From positions 1 to 47,701 of the forward strand of contig VGBQ01000001.1 in NCBI GenBank assembly GCA_016870425.1: a stretch of 47,701 nt of DNA. Reading direction: 5' to 3'. Within the stretch, counting starts at the first letter, position 1; every line of letters begins with the position of its first letter. Shown one piece after another: positions 1-9,083 of this stretch. Both the position numbers and the translations under genes were made by a program. The notes beneath the pieces were generated by a model, which made no database searches, was not told the DNA's origin, and saw only the letters and a program-made list of their open reading frames with translations. Source of the DNA: Actinomycetota bacterium. GTDB lineage: Bacteria > Actinomycetota > Actinomycetes > S36-B12.

Positions 1-88
1 CGAAGTACGGCGCTGCCGTCGCCGGCACGGCCGTCAGGCACAGGCCGAGGACGAGGCCAGCGACCAGGGCGCGGCGAGCGGAGGGCAC
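1..88 (-). CDS. exported protein, N-terminal fragment running off the window start
   Basis: The minus-strand frame opening at GTG 88-86 reads VPSARRALVAGLVLGLCLTAVPATAAPYF..., a Sec-type signal peptide with GC-rich third positions. It is edge-truncated, so it is absent from the ORF track. Confidence 0.3.
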   Translation of the reverse strand, partial: MPSARRALVAGLVLGLCLTAVPATAAPYF

Positions 89-128
89 GCCCCATGGTGA
101 CTGCCCGCGGTGCTGGAGTCCAGGGGAC

Positions 129-391
129 GTGGCTCAGACTCGTCGTAACGCAACAATTCTTGCCCTGGGCCCAGAGAAGTGGCACATCTGTCGTCGACAC
201 CGGCTCGCTCATCAGGCATCCGGTCACGGTCGGCAGCCTCTTGTCGGCCAACTGTTCGTCGCCTGCTCCGCCCGGCGGGCAATTACCGGGTGCTGTACCG
301 GATCGACGAACCCAGGCGCACCGCCCTCGTCATCCGCGTCTACCACCGTCAACCACGCGGAGTCCTACGAAGCGGGCCGGATTTCCACTAG
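129..391 (+). pseudogene. RelE/ParE-family type II toxin, multiply frameshifted remnant
   Basis: Family-typical blocks are present but spread over all three + frames: LALGPEKW (frame of 129), TSVVDTGSLIRHPVTVGS (frame of 94), RQPLVGQLFVACSARR (frame of 129), then GNYRVLYRIDEPRRTALVIRVYHRQ with stop at 389-391 (frame of 179). There is no antitoxin ORF upstream. Confidence 0.5.
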
Positions 392-745
392 TGCGGGCAG
401 CAGGGTCGGCACGGTTGAGTCGTCGCTGCCGCTAATCGGCACAAGGAAGAAGGGGCCGTTCTCTCTTAGGCAGTTTCCACCGCCACTGTCCCATGAGTCG
501 GGGTCGTTTAGACCTACTAGAGCAGTGGAAGACGGCACCCATGCGATGGGCGAGGAGACGGAGTCATCGATAAGCACCGCTTGCAGCGCGTCGGCGGCCG
601 CGACATATCGTTGACCGGTACACGTGCCGTTAGAACTGCTGTAGTAGACCGTAGAGCGCTCTACCTCGAAGATGTCACCCTCATTTTCGTAGGGAACCAG
701 CACGCCTGTGTCGTCGAAGTGCACGAGGATCTGCCCGCCGCAGGA
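365..745 (-). pseudogene. globular C-terminal domain ORF in a different frame, probably the displaced 3' part of the collagen-like gene
   Basis: The tail of ORF 365..1003 ([47 protein letters not shown]...VEIRPAS) is protein-like. The N-terminal part of that ORF is only the alternate reading of the G-X-Y DNA. Local GC is visibly lower (about 420-720). Confidence 0.4.
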
Positions 746-1214
746 GCGGCCACGTCCAGCCGGCGAGCGCCCCGACCCGCAGGCCCGCCGCGTAGACGTC
801 GAAGCCCCCACCAGACCCTCCACCACCACCACCGGAGGGGCCCTGCGGACCCATCGGACCGGTCGCACCCTGGGGGCCTGCAGGGCCCTGGGGCCCGGCA
901 GGACCAGTCGCGCCGCGCCCCCCAGACGGACCGGCGGGACCGGCCGCACCTGCGGGACCGGCGGGGCCGACAGGTCCGGGTTCGCCCTGGGGGCCTTCAC
1001 CACCCCACGTGTACTTCTCCTCGCCCGGACGGCACTCGGCTCGCGCGGACACCATCCGCATCACACCGCCCTTGCCCACGCACGCGAAGTAACGATCACG
1101 CTCACGCGCCTGATCAGCACGCGGCGACCCCGCTGACGCGGTTGCCACCGCCACCGAGCCCAGGACGAGCACCACTCCTAGGGCGCCCGCGATGAATCGT
1201 CCGGCTGCGTCCAC
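681..1214 (-). CDS. secreted collagen-like (G-X-Y repeat) protein; 3' end probably frameshifted
   Basis: GTG at 1214 lies 7 nt downstream of GGAGGAGG. The signal peptide is [28 protein letters not shown], followed by [62 protein letters not shown]. The last ~25 codons ([23 protein letters not shown]) look non-native. Confidence 0.6.
   Translation of the reverse strand: MDAAGRFIAGALGVVLVLGSVAVATASAGSPRADQARERDRYFACVGKGGVMRMVSARAECRPGEEKYTWGGEGPQGEPGPVGPAGPAGAAGPAGPSGGRGATGPAGPQGPAGPQGATGPMGPQGPSGGGGGGSGGGFDVYAAGLRVGALAGWTWPLLRRADPRALRRHRRAGSLRK
804..1004 (-). repeat. collagen-like G-X-Y triplet repeat coding tract (about 20 triplets plus a Gly run)
   Basis: Direct reading of the translated ORF 681..1331 gives Gly at every third residue with Pro-rich X/Y positions. 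Confidence 0.8.
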
Positions 1215-1378
1215 CTGTCGACCTCCTCCCGCGACGGTAGGGGCTGCGCGCGTGCAGGCCTCACTCCTGCCAGGTGGTGGGGGGCTACGACCCTGCGCGA
1301 GCCGCGAGAGCGGGTATTTCTTCCCCTTCACCCCACGGATCGGGCACCCGTCGCTACCGTCGCACCGAGGGAGGGCGC

Positions 1379-2029
1379 ATGGGTGCTCGCGTGCTGATCG
1401 TCGAGGACGACAGTTTCACCCGCTCGCTTCTCGTGGCGACGGTGACCGGTCTCGGCCACGTCGTCGTGGGCGATTGTGCGAACGCCGCTGACGCGATGCG
1501 GGCGGCCGCCTCCGACACCCCCGACGTCGCGATGCTCGACCTCGACCTCGGCACCGGGCCCACCGGCGCCGACCTCGGTCACGCGCTGCGCCGCGCACTG
1601 CCCGCGATCGGCATCGTGCTCCTCACCTCCTACGAGGAGCCGCGACTCATGGGCACGCGCCTGCGTATCCCCGACGACGCCGTCTACCTCGTCAAGCAGG
1701 CGGTGAGCCAGCCCACCGAGATCGACCGCGCCCTGCCGCTCGCGCGCGAGCCCCGCGCGCACACGTCCGCGTCGGGCGGAGTGAGCGTCGACTCGCGCGC
1801 GCAGGGCCTCAGCGACGGCCAGATCGAGATCATGCGCCTGGTCGCCTCGGGTCTGACCAACGCCGAGATCGCCCGCCGCCGCTACATGTCCGAGCACGCG
1901 GTCGGCAAGGCGGTCGCGCGCCTGGTCACCCAGCTCCACCTGGACTACGGCGACGGCGACAACCCGCGCGTCCTCATCACCCAGGCCTACTTCGCCATGA
2001 CCGGCGCCGCGAGGCCACGCCGTGACTAG
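1379..2029 (+). CDS. LuxR/NarL-family two-component response regulator
   Basis: ATG 1379 follows GGAGGG. The receiver domain reads [11 protein letters not shown]...AMLDLDLG...LLTSY. The C-terminal HTH reads [36 protein letters not shown]. The longer ORF start at 1274 has no support. Confidence 0.9.
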   Translation: MGARVLIVEDDSFTRSLLVATVTGLGHVVVGDCANAADAMRAAASDTPDVAMLDLDLGTGPTGADLGHALRRALPAIGIVLLTSYEEPRLMGTRLRIPDDAVYLVKQAVSQPTEIDRALPLAREPRAHTSASGGVSVDSRAQGLSDGQIEIMRLVASGLTNAEIARRRYMSEHAVGKAVARLVTQLHLDYGDGDNPRVLITQAYFAMTGAARPRRD

Positions 2030-3758
2030 AACGGCGACCTCGCCCTCGGTCGACGACTGGCGGCGCAGGCTCGGCGGCCGCTGGCTGGTGTCGTGGCCGA
2101 TGTACGCGATCGGCACGCCCATCGCCTTCGTCACCTTCACGTGGAGCGAGATCGCCCGCGCCCCCGCGGGCACCCCGGCCGTCACTCGGCTAGCGACAGC
2201 CGGACTGGTCGCGGTCGCGTGCGCGGCGGTCGGCGCCTGGATGCTGCTGGCCAACGCGACATTCCTGCGCCATCGTGCCGTGCACCCGGTCCCCTTCGTG
2301 CCCGCGCTGATCTTCCTCGGCTCCTTCGGCACGCTCTTCGCGATCGTCCTCGTCGTCGGTGCGCCCCTGGTCGGGGCGCCCCCGATCGAGAGTCCGGCGT
2401 TCACGATCGCGGCCATGGCCGTCATCTCCGCGTGGTGGGGCTCCATGCTCGTGCTCCTGCTCGACGCGCGCGAGCGGATCACCGCCGACCGCGTCATCGT
2501 GCTCAATGCGGCGGTCGACCAGGAGATCGCGACCATCCAGCAGGCCGACCTCAGCCGGGTGCTGCGCGACTACCTCGACACCCGCGTGGTCGACGAGCTG
2601 CAGGGCGTGCGCGACACCCTCGACCAGGCGCTCATCCGGGTCGAGTCCGACGCGCGCATCGGCGGGTGGACCGAGGTGTCGGAGGACCTGCGCATCGCGG
2701 CCCGGGCATCGGTGCGCCAACTCAGTGCCGACCTGTGGTCGATGGCGGAGGCGGCGTACCCGCGAGTGACACTGCGCTCGATGCTGCCGGCGATCGTGCG
2801 CACCCAGCCCCTGCGGCCGCTCGCGGTCGCCGGCCTGACGGTCCTGGTCACGGTGCAGAGCACGACCGAGCGGCTGGGCTGGGCCGTCGGCCTGCTCGCC
2901 ACCTTCGTGGGCGCGCTCGCGGTGTACGTCGTACTCGCGCTCGCCAACCGCGTCATGCGCGCATGGCCGCGTCGGCACGCGGCGATCTTCATCGCCACGA
3001 TCGTGCTGATCTCGGCGGGCGGCATGGCCACGACGGCCGCGTCGGGCGGGGAGGTGACCGTGATCGGGTCGATCTTCAACCTCGCCGTCACCGCGATCAT
3101 CCTCATCGCGACGTCGGCCTTCGGCGCGGTCTACCGGGCCAATACCGAGATGCTCGGCTCCCTGGCGTCGCGGGTGAGCCAGGAGAGCATCGCCAACCTG
3201 AGCCGGCAGCGCGAACTCTCCGCCATCGCCCGGCAGGCAGCGTCGGTGCTGCACGGCCAGGTGCAGACGCGGCTCATCGCGTGCGCGGCGGCCATCGACC
3301 GGGCGGTCGCCATCAACGACTACGCGCTGCTCACACGCACCCTCGAGCAGGCGCGCGACATCCTCGAGCAGCCGCTCGTCGTGGAGCCGACGCCGGCGAG
3401 CCTCGATGACCTGCTGCGCGCCCATCGCGAGCGGTGGGCGGGCCTGGTCGAACTCGACTACGAGCCCGGCATGTCGGTCGACCTCGACCTCGCCACCTTG
3501 CAGCAGGTGTCGCTCGTGGTCGAGGAGGGCATCGTCAACGCGTTCCGCCACGGCGAGGCGACCCACGTGCGCGTCAGCGTGAGCGAGGACGGCCGCGAGC
3601 TGCGGGTGAGCGTGGTGGACGACGGCGCGGGCCCGGGCAGCCGCGTGGACCCCGGCACCGGGAGCGCGCTGCTCGCCCACATCACGCGCGATCGCTGGGA
3701 GTTGTCGCGGGTCTCGGTCGAGGGCGGCGCGCGCCTCGACGCCGTCATCACCCGCTAG
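2022..3758 (+). CDS. polytopic sensor histidine kinase (HisKA_3-like H-box, HATPase_c)
   Basis: GTG 2022 overlaps the regulator stop by 8 nt (GTGACTAG). There are two blocks of TM helices, an H-box-like VLHGQVQTRL, an N-box EEGIVNAFRHGEA and a G-box VVDDGAGPG. Confidence 0.85.
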   Translation: MTRTATSPSVDDWRRRLGGRWLVSWPMYAIGTPIAFVTFTWSEIARAPAGTPAVTRLATAGLVAVACAAVGAWMLLANATFLRHRAVHPVPFVPALIFLGSFGTLFAIVLVVGAPLVGAPPIESPAFTIAAMAVISAWWGSMLVLLLDARERITADRVIVLNAAVDQEIATIQQADLSRVLRDYLDTRVVDELQGVRDTLDQALIRVESDARIGGWTEVSEDLRIAARASVRQLSADLWSMAEAAYPRVTLRSMLPAIVRTQPLRPLAVAGLTVLVTVQSTTERLGWAVGLLATFVGALAVYVVLALANRVMRAWPRRHAAIFIATIVLISAGGMATTAASGGEVTVIGSIFNLAVTAIILIATSAFGAVYRANTEMLGSLASRVSQESIANLSRQRELSAIARQAASVLHGQVQTRLIACAAAIDRAVAINDYALLTRTLEQARDILEQPLVVEPTPASLDDLLRAHRERWAGLVELDYEPGMSVDLDLATLQQVSLVVEEGIVNAFRHGEATHVRVSVSEDGRELRVSVVDDGAGPGSRVDPGTGSALLAHITRDRWELSRVSVEGGARLDAVITR

Positions 3759-3872
3759 ACCCACGGTCAGGGATCGGCGTACGGACGGCGAAACACCGCA
3801 AAGGCCCTTGACCCTCGATCCATGCCGGCGCAGACTGAAGGGGCGGTACGTCCCGCAGTGAGAGGAGGATTC

Positions 3873-3962
3873 ATGATCACTCCCATCACCGAGGCCCTCC
3901 TGCAGGAGGTGCATCGACCAGGCCCCTGTGCGTGGAAGGCGGCACACCCGGGCGACTGCTAA
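3873..3962 (+). CDS. small ORF, 29 aa (MITPITEALLQEVHRPGPCAWKAAHPGDC)
   Basis: ATG 3873 lies 4 nt after a strong Shine-Dalgarno GAGAGGAGGA. Third positions are GC-rich and the stop is TAA. It is below the ORF-track size cut-off and no family was recognised. Confidence 0.3.
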   Translation: MITPITEALLQEVHRPGPCAWKAAHPGDC

Positions 3963-4120
3963 GGGTCGGCATCGAGCCCGGCCCAGATGCGCGTGAGGAG
4001 GGGTCATCCCGACCAGGGATGGCCCCTTCTGCGCGTCCCTGACCGGTGCCACCCCCGTGGGAGAGCTCCCCACGGCTCCCCTATGCTTTCCCAGTCTCCG
4101 ACGTCGGTTCGGCGGCGATG

Positions 4121-4193
4121 GTCCCCATCGTCTAGCGGCCTAGGACTCCGCCCTTTCAAGGCGGCAGCGCGGGTTCGAATCCCGTTGGGGACA
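4121..4193 (+). tRNA. tRNA-Glu (anticodon UUC)
   Basis: The acceptor stem GTCCCCA/TGGGGAC pairs, the anticodon arm is CCGCC-CTTTCAA-GGCGG, and the T-arm is GGGTTCGAATCCC. CCA is not encoded. Confidence 0.95.
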
Positions 4194-4211
4194 CGGTCTC
4201 AGCACCATCGA

Positions 4212-4288
4212 GGCCCCGTAGCGCAGTTGGTTAGCGCGCCGCCCTGTCACGGCGGAGGTCGCGGGTTCGAGTCCCGTCGGGGTCGCCA
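4212..4288 (+). tRNA. tRNA-Asp (anticodon GUC)
   Basis: The sequence reads GGCCCCGTAGCGCAGTTGGTTAGCGCG..CCTGTCACGG..GGGTTCGAGTCCC..CGGGGTCGCCA with a cloverleaf-consistent acceptor stem. CCA is encoded. Confidence 0.95.
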
Positions 4289-4387
4289 GTGCGCCCTACC
4301 CCGCCCGAAATTCGTGGTGAACACTCGGCATCCGCCCGCCAATCTCCCGATAAGGCGGCAGACTGACGCTCGTCTGAGGAGGTCGCC

Positions 4388-6217
4388 GTGGTCGCCCTGC
4401 GCATTGCCATCGCCGCGCTCGTCGCCGCCGCCAGCCTGGCCGCCGTGCCAGCAGCCGCGGCCGCAGAGGATTCCACCCTGATCATCGGCATGACCGTGCC
4501 CATTGAGAACCCCAACATCTGGGCGCTCAACTCCAGCAGCGAGTGGTCGGCCGTGACCTTGCAGTACGACATGATGCTGAAGTTCTCCGACGACGACCTC
4601 AGCGCGGCACCGAGCCTGGCCACCGGGTGCGAGCCCAACTCTGACTACACGCGATGGACCTGCGCGATCCGCGAGGGCGTCACCTGGAGCGACGGCACGC
4701 CTCTGACTTCGCGCGACATCGCCTTCACCTACCGCTTCGTCATCGATCAGGGCTTCCCCTACTTCTCCGGCTACTTCCCCGAGGGATCGACGTTCGAGAC
4801 TCCCGACGACAACACCCTCGTCTGGGTCACCCCCGAGCCGAGTCGCGGGCCGGAGGTGCCGGCGTGGGTGTACGTCGTGCCCGAGCACATCTGGTCGCCG
4901 TACGTCGGCAAAACAAACAAGGAGATCAAGCAGGCGCCGACGCTGCCCACCGTCTCGTCCGGTCCCTACGTCATGACCGAGGCGGCGCCCGGGCAGAGCT
5001 GGACCTTCGAGCGCAACCCCTACTTCTGGGGGGACGAGCCGGCCTACGACCGCATCGTCTACCGCCTCTACACCAACCAGGAGGCGATGGTCCAGGCGCT
5101 GAAGAACGGCGAGATCCAGATCGCCGACGGCATCGAGAGCGCCCTGCTGCCGGCCGTCGAGGCCATCCCCGACGTCGTCGTGCAAAAGATCACGGCCGAC
5201 TCGTGGACCAATCTGGCCTTCAACTTCGGCGGGCAGGACCCCGCGTCCGCGCCGCTGCGAGCGCTCCAGGACGTGCGCGTGCGCCAGGCGATCGCGATGG
5301 CGATCGACAAGCAGGCCATCGTCGACAAGGCCTACCAGGGCGTGGCCTCGCCCGGGGAGACGATCATCCGGCCACTGTCGGTCTACTGGCACCTCGACAT
5401 CCCCGACGACCAGCTCATCCCCTACGACCCCGACGGTGCCAACGCCATGCTCGACGAGGCCGGCTATGCGCGCGGCGACGACGGCATCCGCATCGACCCT
5501 GAGACGGGCGACCGCCTGGTCATCCGCATGCCCACCTCCAACGACACTCCCGGCAGCGAGATCGCGGGCAAGCTCATCGCCTCATTCCTGCAGCAGATCG
5601 GCATCGAGGTCAACGCACAGCCGGTGAGCGCGGGGAAGATCTACGACATGCAGCAGTCGGGCGACTTCGATGCCTACATCTGGTACTGGTCTGGCGATCC
5701 CGATCCCAACTACCAGTTGTCGGTCTTCACCTCGGCCGCGTGCGGTGACCTCAGCGACGGCTGCTGGCGGGACCCGACCTACGACGCGCTCGTGGAGAAG
5801 CAGGCCGCGACCCTCGACCAGGACGAGCGCCTGGCGATCGTGCGCGAGGCGCAGCAGTACGTCTACGACCAGGTGCCGGCCATCCCGCTGGCCTACCCGA
5901 ACGCGATCGTGGCCTACCGCTCCGACCTGGTCACCGGACTCACCCCCGTCCCCGCGGGCAATGGCTACCTCACGCCGTCGTACTCCTACACGAGCCTGGT
6001 GAACGCGCGACCGGCGTCGTCCGGCGGCGAGGCCAGCGCACCCGCGTCGCCCGGTGCTTCAGCGGAGCCGGGTGCCCCCCAGGCGGCGCCCGCTCAGGCG
6101 GGATCGTCGGGCGTTCCCGTCTGGGTCTGGCTGCTCGTCGCCGCGGTCGTCGTCGTGATCCTCGTCGTGGTGGTGGTACGACGCCGTTCGGCAGCAGAGC
6201 GGCCGGACACGCATTGA
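4388..6217 (+). CDS. ABC transporter substrate-binding protein, peptide/nickel (family 5) type, with C-terminal TM anchor
   Basis: GTG 4388 follows GAGGAGG. It has an N-terminal signal peptide and an Opp/Dpp-like body (e.g. WSDGTPLTSRDIAFTY, RQAIAMAIDKQAIVD). The C-terminal Ala/Pro/Ser linker is followed by VPVWVWLLVAAVVVVILVVVVVRRR. Confidence 0.85.
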   Translation: MVALRIAIAALVAAASLAAVPAAAAAEDSTLIIGMTVPIENPNIWALNSSSEWSAVTLQYDMMLKFSDDDLSAAPSLATGCEPNSDYTRWTCAIREGVTWSDGTPLTSRDIAFTYRFVIDQGFPYFSGYFPEGSTFETPDDNTLVWVTPEPSRGPEVPAWVYVVPEHIWSPYVGKTNKEIKQAPTLPTVSSGPYVMTEAAPGQSWTFERNPYFWGDEPAYDRIVYRLYTNQEAMVQALKNGEIQIADGIESALLPAVEAIPDVVVQKITADSWTNLAFNFGGQDPASAPLRALQDVRVRQAIAMAIDKQAIVDKAYQGVASPGETIIRPLSVYWHLDIPDDQLIPYDPDGANAMLDEAGYARGDDGIRIDPETGDRLVIRMPTSNDTPGSEIAGKLIASFLQQIGIEVNAQPVSAGKIYDMQQSGDFDAYIWYWSGDPDPNYQLSVFTSAACGDLSDGCWRDPTYDALVEKQAATLDQDERLAIVREAQQYVYDQVPAIPLAYPNAIVAYRSDLVTGLTPVPAGNGYLTPSYSYTSLVNARPASSGGEASAPASPGASAEPGAPQAAPAQAGSSGVPVWVWLLVAAVVVVILVVVVVRRRSAAERPDTH

Positions 6218-7155
6218 GGTCGGGCGCGCTCGACCTGCGCTTCGTCGCGCGCAGGGCGGGCTACGCGCTGCTGACCCTCGCCTTCATCCTCGCAGTCAAC
6301 TTCTTCCTCTTCCGGATCATGCCGGGCGACCCCATCGCACTGCTGGCGCGCAGCCAGCGCCTGTCCCCGGAGGCACTCGAGGAGCAGCGACGTGCCTTCG
6401 GACTCGATGAGCCGCTCTTCGTGCAGTTCGTCGTCTACCTGCGCGAGACGCTCACCGGCCAACTCGGTGTCTCCCTGGTGTCCGGCGTGGACGTCGTCGA
6501 CCTCATCGTCTCGCGCCTGTGGCCGACGATCCTGCTCGTCGGCGTGGGCACACTGCTCGCCGCCGTCATCGGCGTGCTCATCGGCATCCGCGGGGGCTGG
6601 CGACGCGGGAGTGCCTTCGACTCGAGCAGCCTCTATTCCTCCCTCGTGCTCTACTCCACGCCCGAGGGCTGGCTCGGCATGCTGCTCCTGCTGCTCTTCG
6701 CCGGCTGGCTCGGGTGGTTCCCGGCGGGCGGCTTCTCCAGCGCCGCCGGCCTGGCCCTGCCCGTGCTGGCCCTGTCGCTGGGCTACGTCGGGCAGTACGC
6801 GATCGTCATGCGCTCGAGCATGATCGAGGTGAAGGCGCAGCCCTACATCACCCTCGCGCGCGCCAAGGGACTGTCCGATCCCGACGTGCGGCGCCGCCAC
6901 GCGGTGCCCAACGCCGTGTTGCCGACGTTCACACTCGTCGTGCTCAGCGTGGGCTTCATCCTCGGCGGGGCGATCGTGATCGAGACCGTCTTCTCCTGGC
7001 CCGGCATCGGGCTGCTCACCTACGAGGCCATCAACACGCTGGACTACCCCGTGCTGCAGGGCGTGTTCCTGGTGAGCAGCGCTGCCGTGATCCTCGCGGC
7101 GTTCATCGCCGATATCGCGTACGGCGTGATCGACCCCCAGGTGCGGCAGTCATGA
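6214..7155 (+). CDS. ABC transporter permease (DppB/OppB-like)
   Basis: TTG 6214 overlaps the upstream stop (TTGA). The protein has multiple TM segments and an EAA-like loop YITLARAKGLSDPDVRRRHAVPNA. Confidence 0.85.
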   Translation: MRSGALDLRFVARRAGYALLTLAFILAVNFFLFRIMPGDPIALLARSQRLSPEALEEQRRAFGLDEPLFVQFVVYLRETLTGQLGVSLVSGVDVVDLIVSRLWPTILLVGVGTLLAAVIGVLIGIRGGWRRGSAFDSSSLYSSLVLYSTPEGWLGMLLLLLFAGWLGWFPAGGFSSAAGLALPVLALSLGYVGQYAIVMRSSMIEVKAQPYITLARAKGLSDPDVRRRHAVPNAVLPTFTLVVLSVGFILGGAIVIETVFSWPGIGLLTYEAINTLDYPVLQGVFLVSSAAVILAAFIADIAYGVIDPQVRQS

Positions 7156-8045
7156 CGACGATCGCGTGGCAGCGCCGACGCAGGTCCTGGGCGACGACCT
7201 GGGCGCTCTTCCGCCGCAACCGACGCGGCATGGTCGGCCTCGTCATCCTCATCGTCTTCGCCGTGTTGGCGCTGCTGGCGCCCCTGCTGGTCACGCCGGC
7301 CGAGATCGACCCCGCGCTCGCACCTGGCAGGCCGCTGCAGTCGCCCGGGGAGGCTCCTCCGCTCGGCACCGACCTCTTCGGCCGCGCCGTACTCGACATG
7401 CTCATCGTGGGCAGTCGCGTGTCCTTGACGGTCGGCGTGCTCGCCACGCTCGGCGCCGTGGTGATCGGCGCGACCATGGGCCTCTTCGCCGGCTACTACA
7501 CCGGTCGCCCGCTCGGCACGATCCTCACCGCGCTGACCGACTGGTTCCTGGTGATTCCGTGGCTTGTCCTGGCGATCGTGCTCGCCGCCATCCTCGGACC
7601 CAACCTGCTCAATGTCATCGTCGTCATCGCGGTCACGTCGTGGGCGCTGACGGCCCGGCTCGTGCGGGCGCAAACGCTCGTGGTGCGGGAGCAGCCCTTC
7701 GTCGAGCGGGCCCGCGCCCTCGGCGCGGGAGACGCTGCGATCATCACCCGTCAGGTCCTGCCCTCGGTGGCACCGGTGATCGTCGCGCAGGGAGTGCTCA
7801 CCGTGGCCGTGGCAATCCTGTCCGAAACGACCCTGGCCCTGCTGGGCCTGGGGGATCCGAATTCCCTGTCGTGGGGCCGGATGATCCAGGAGGCCTTCAA
7901 CGCCGGTGCCATGTCCAATGGCTACTGGTGGTGGATCCTGCCTCCCGGGATCTGCGTGATCCTGGTGACCATGGCGTTCACGCTCGTAGGCTATGCCCTG
8001 GAGGAGATACTGGACCCCCGACTGAGGAAGAGTGAAGCGCAATGA
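7152..8045 (+). CDS. ABC transporter permease (DppC/OppC-like)
   Basis: ATG 7152 overlaps the upstream stop (ATGA). The N-terminus is MTTIAWQRRRRSW... and the loop reads FVERARALGAGDAAIITRQVLPS. The longer ORF 6519..8045 is a frame artefact. Confidence 0.85.
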   Translation: MTTIAWQRRRRSWATTWALFRRNRRGMVGLVILIVFAVLALLAPLLVTPAEIDPALAPGRPLQSPGEAPPLGTDLFGRAVLDMLIVGSRVSLTVGVLATLGAVVIGATMGLFAGYYTGRPLGTILTALTDWFLVIPWLVLAIVLAAILGPNLLNVIVVIAVTSWALTARLVRAQTLVVREQPFVERARALGAGDAAIITRQVLPSVAPVIVAQGVLTVAVAILSETTLALLGLGDPNSLSWGRMIQEAFNAGAMSNGYWWWILPPGICVILVTMAFTLVGYALEEILDPRLRKSEAQ

Positions 8046-9004
8046 ACCCCTTCGATGTCCCCGGCGAGTGGCTGAAGTCTGCGCTGCACACGCACTCCAC
8101 CGTCTCCGACGGCACGCTTCCACCGGATGCCCTCGTTCAGGCGTACGTCGAGGCCGGCTTCGACCTGGTGGCCATCACCGACCACTGGCGCCTGGCGACG
8201 CCGGCCCCGCGTGACGATGTCGTGCTCCTACCGGGAGCGGAGTTGGGCTTCGACATGGTGAGCCCCACCTATCCCCGGCAGTCTGCGGAGTTTCTCGTCT
8301 ACGGACTCGACCATGTGCCCGACGACCCGGGGGGCAACCGCGACAACTGGTTCTTCAATGAGATCGAGAATTGGGAGGTGCGCACCTTCCCCTCACTCAC
8401 CGTCGGGATGGACTGGGTCGCGTCCAGGGACGCGGTCGCGTACGTCGCGCATCCCTACTGGAACCACCTGCCCCAGGACGAACTCACATCCATGAGTGGC
8501 TTCGTCGGCATCGAGGTCTTCAACGGCAGCGCGCAGGCCGAATGCGGGCGCGGCGACTCCTCCCCCTGGTGGGACACCCTCCTCGGCCAGGGCCGCGCAG
8601 CCTTCGGTATCGCCACCGACGATCAGCACTATCCGCTCTATGAGCTCGGGCTGGCGTGGACGATGCTGCGGGTGCGTGAGCGCACGCCGGAGGCTGCGCT
8701 CGAGGCCCTGCGCACGGGCGCGGCGTACTTCTCCGAGGGCCCCGCGATCTACGAGATGGCAGTGGTCGATGGCGGGGTCGAGGTCGCGTGCTCGCCGAGT
8801 CGCTCGGTGCTCGTGCAGGCGGAGGAGGAGTGGGGCACGTCGGTGAACGCCGGACGCGACGGTCGCAAACAGGGTCGCATCCTCCAGACCACCGGCGAGG
8901 GGCTCATCACCCGGGCTTTCGTGGAGACGCCACCCGACCTTCGCTACCGCCGTGTCACGGTGGTGGATGCGGCGGGGCGACGTGCCTGGAGCAATCCGAT
9001 CTGA
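8042..9004 (+). CDS. PHP-domain metal-dependent phosphoesterase (CehA/McbA-like)
   Basis: ATG 8042 overlaps the permease stop (ATGA). It carries the PHP signature LKSALHTHSTVSDGTL...LVAITDHW and later His/Asp motifs (VAHPYW, TDDQH). Confidence 0.7.
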   Translation: MNPFDVPGEWLKSALHTHSTVSDGTLPPDALVQAYVEAGFDLVAITDHWRLATPAPRDDVVLLPGAELGFDMVSPTYPRQSAEFLVYGLDHVPDDPGGNRDNWFFNEIENWEVRTFPSLTVGMDWVASRDAVAYVAHPYWNHLPQDELTSMSGFVGIEVFNGSAQAECGRGDSSPWWDTLLGQGRAAFGIATDDQHYPLYELGLAWTMLRVRERTPEAALEALRTGAAYFSEGPAIYEMAVVDGGVEVACSPSRSVLVQAEEEWGTSVNAGRDGRKQGRILQTTGEGLITRAFVETPPDLRYRRVTVVDAAGRRAWSNPI

Positions 9005-9083
9005 GAGTTGGCGGCCGGCCCCGGGAACGAGACCCAGGGAGCCTTCGAGGAGGGCAAAGACGACAAGTAGCGCTCCCCTCCCC

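Noticed and set aside
804-1004. The G-X-Y tract considered as a mere artefact of GGN-rich high-GC DNA.
   Set aside because: The triplet periodicity is strict over about 20 repeats with Pro-rich X/Y positions. It is preceded in frame by an SD, a start codon and a signal peptide, so a genuine collagen-like protein is more likely.
2190-4073. A 627-aa minus-strand ORF antisense to the histidine kinase. Similar long antisense or alternate-frame ORFs occur at 1328..2536, 4247..5392, 7044..8123, 18174..19490, 21528..23141, 32381..33961, 34659..35912, 38112..39263, 40614..41795 and 45886..46950.
   Set aside because: These are typical high-GC shadow ORFs. Their translations are Arg/Gly/Pro/His-rich with no motifs, and each lies opposite a gene with clear family signatures and proper start context.
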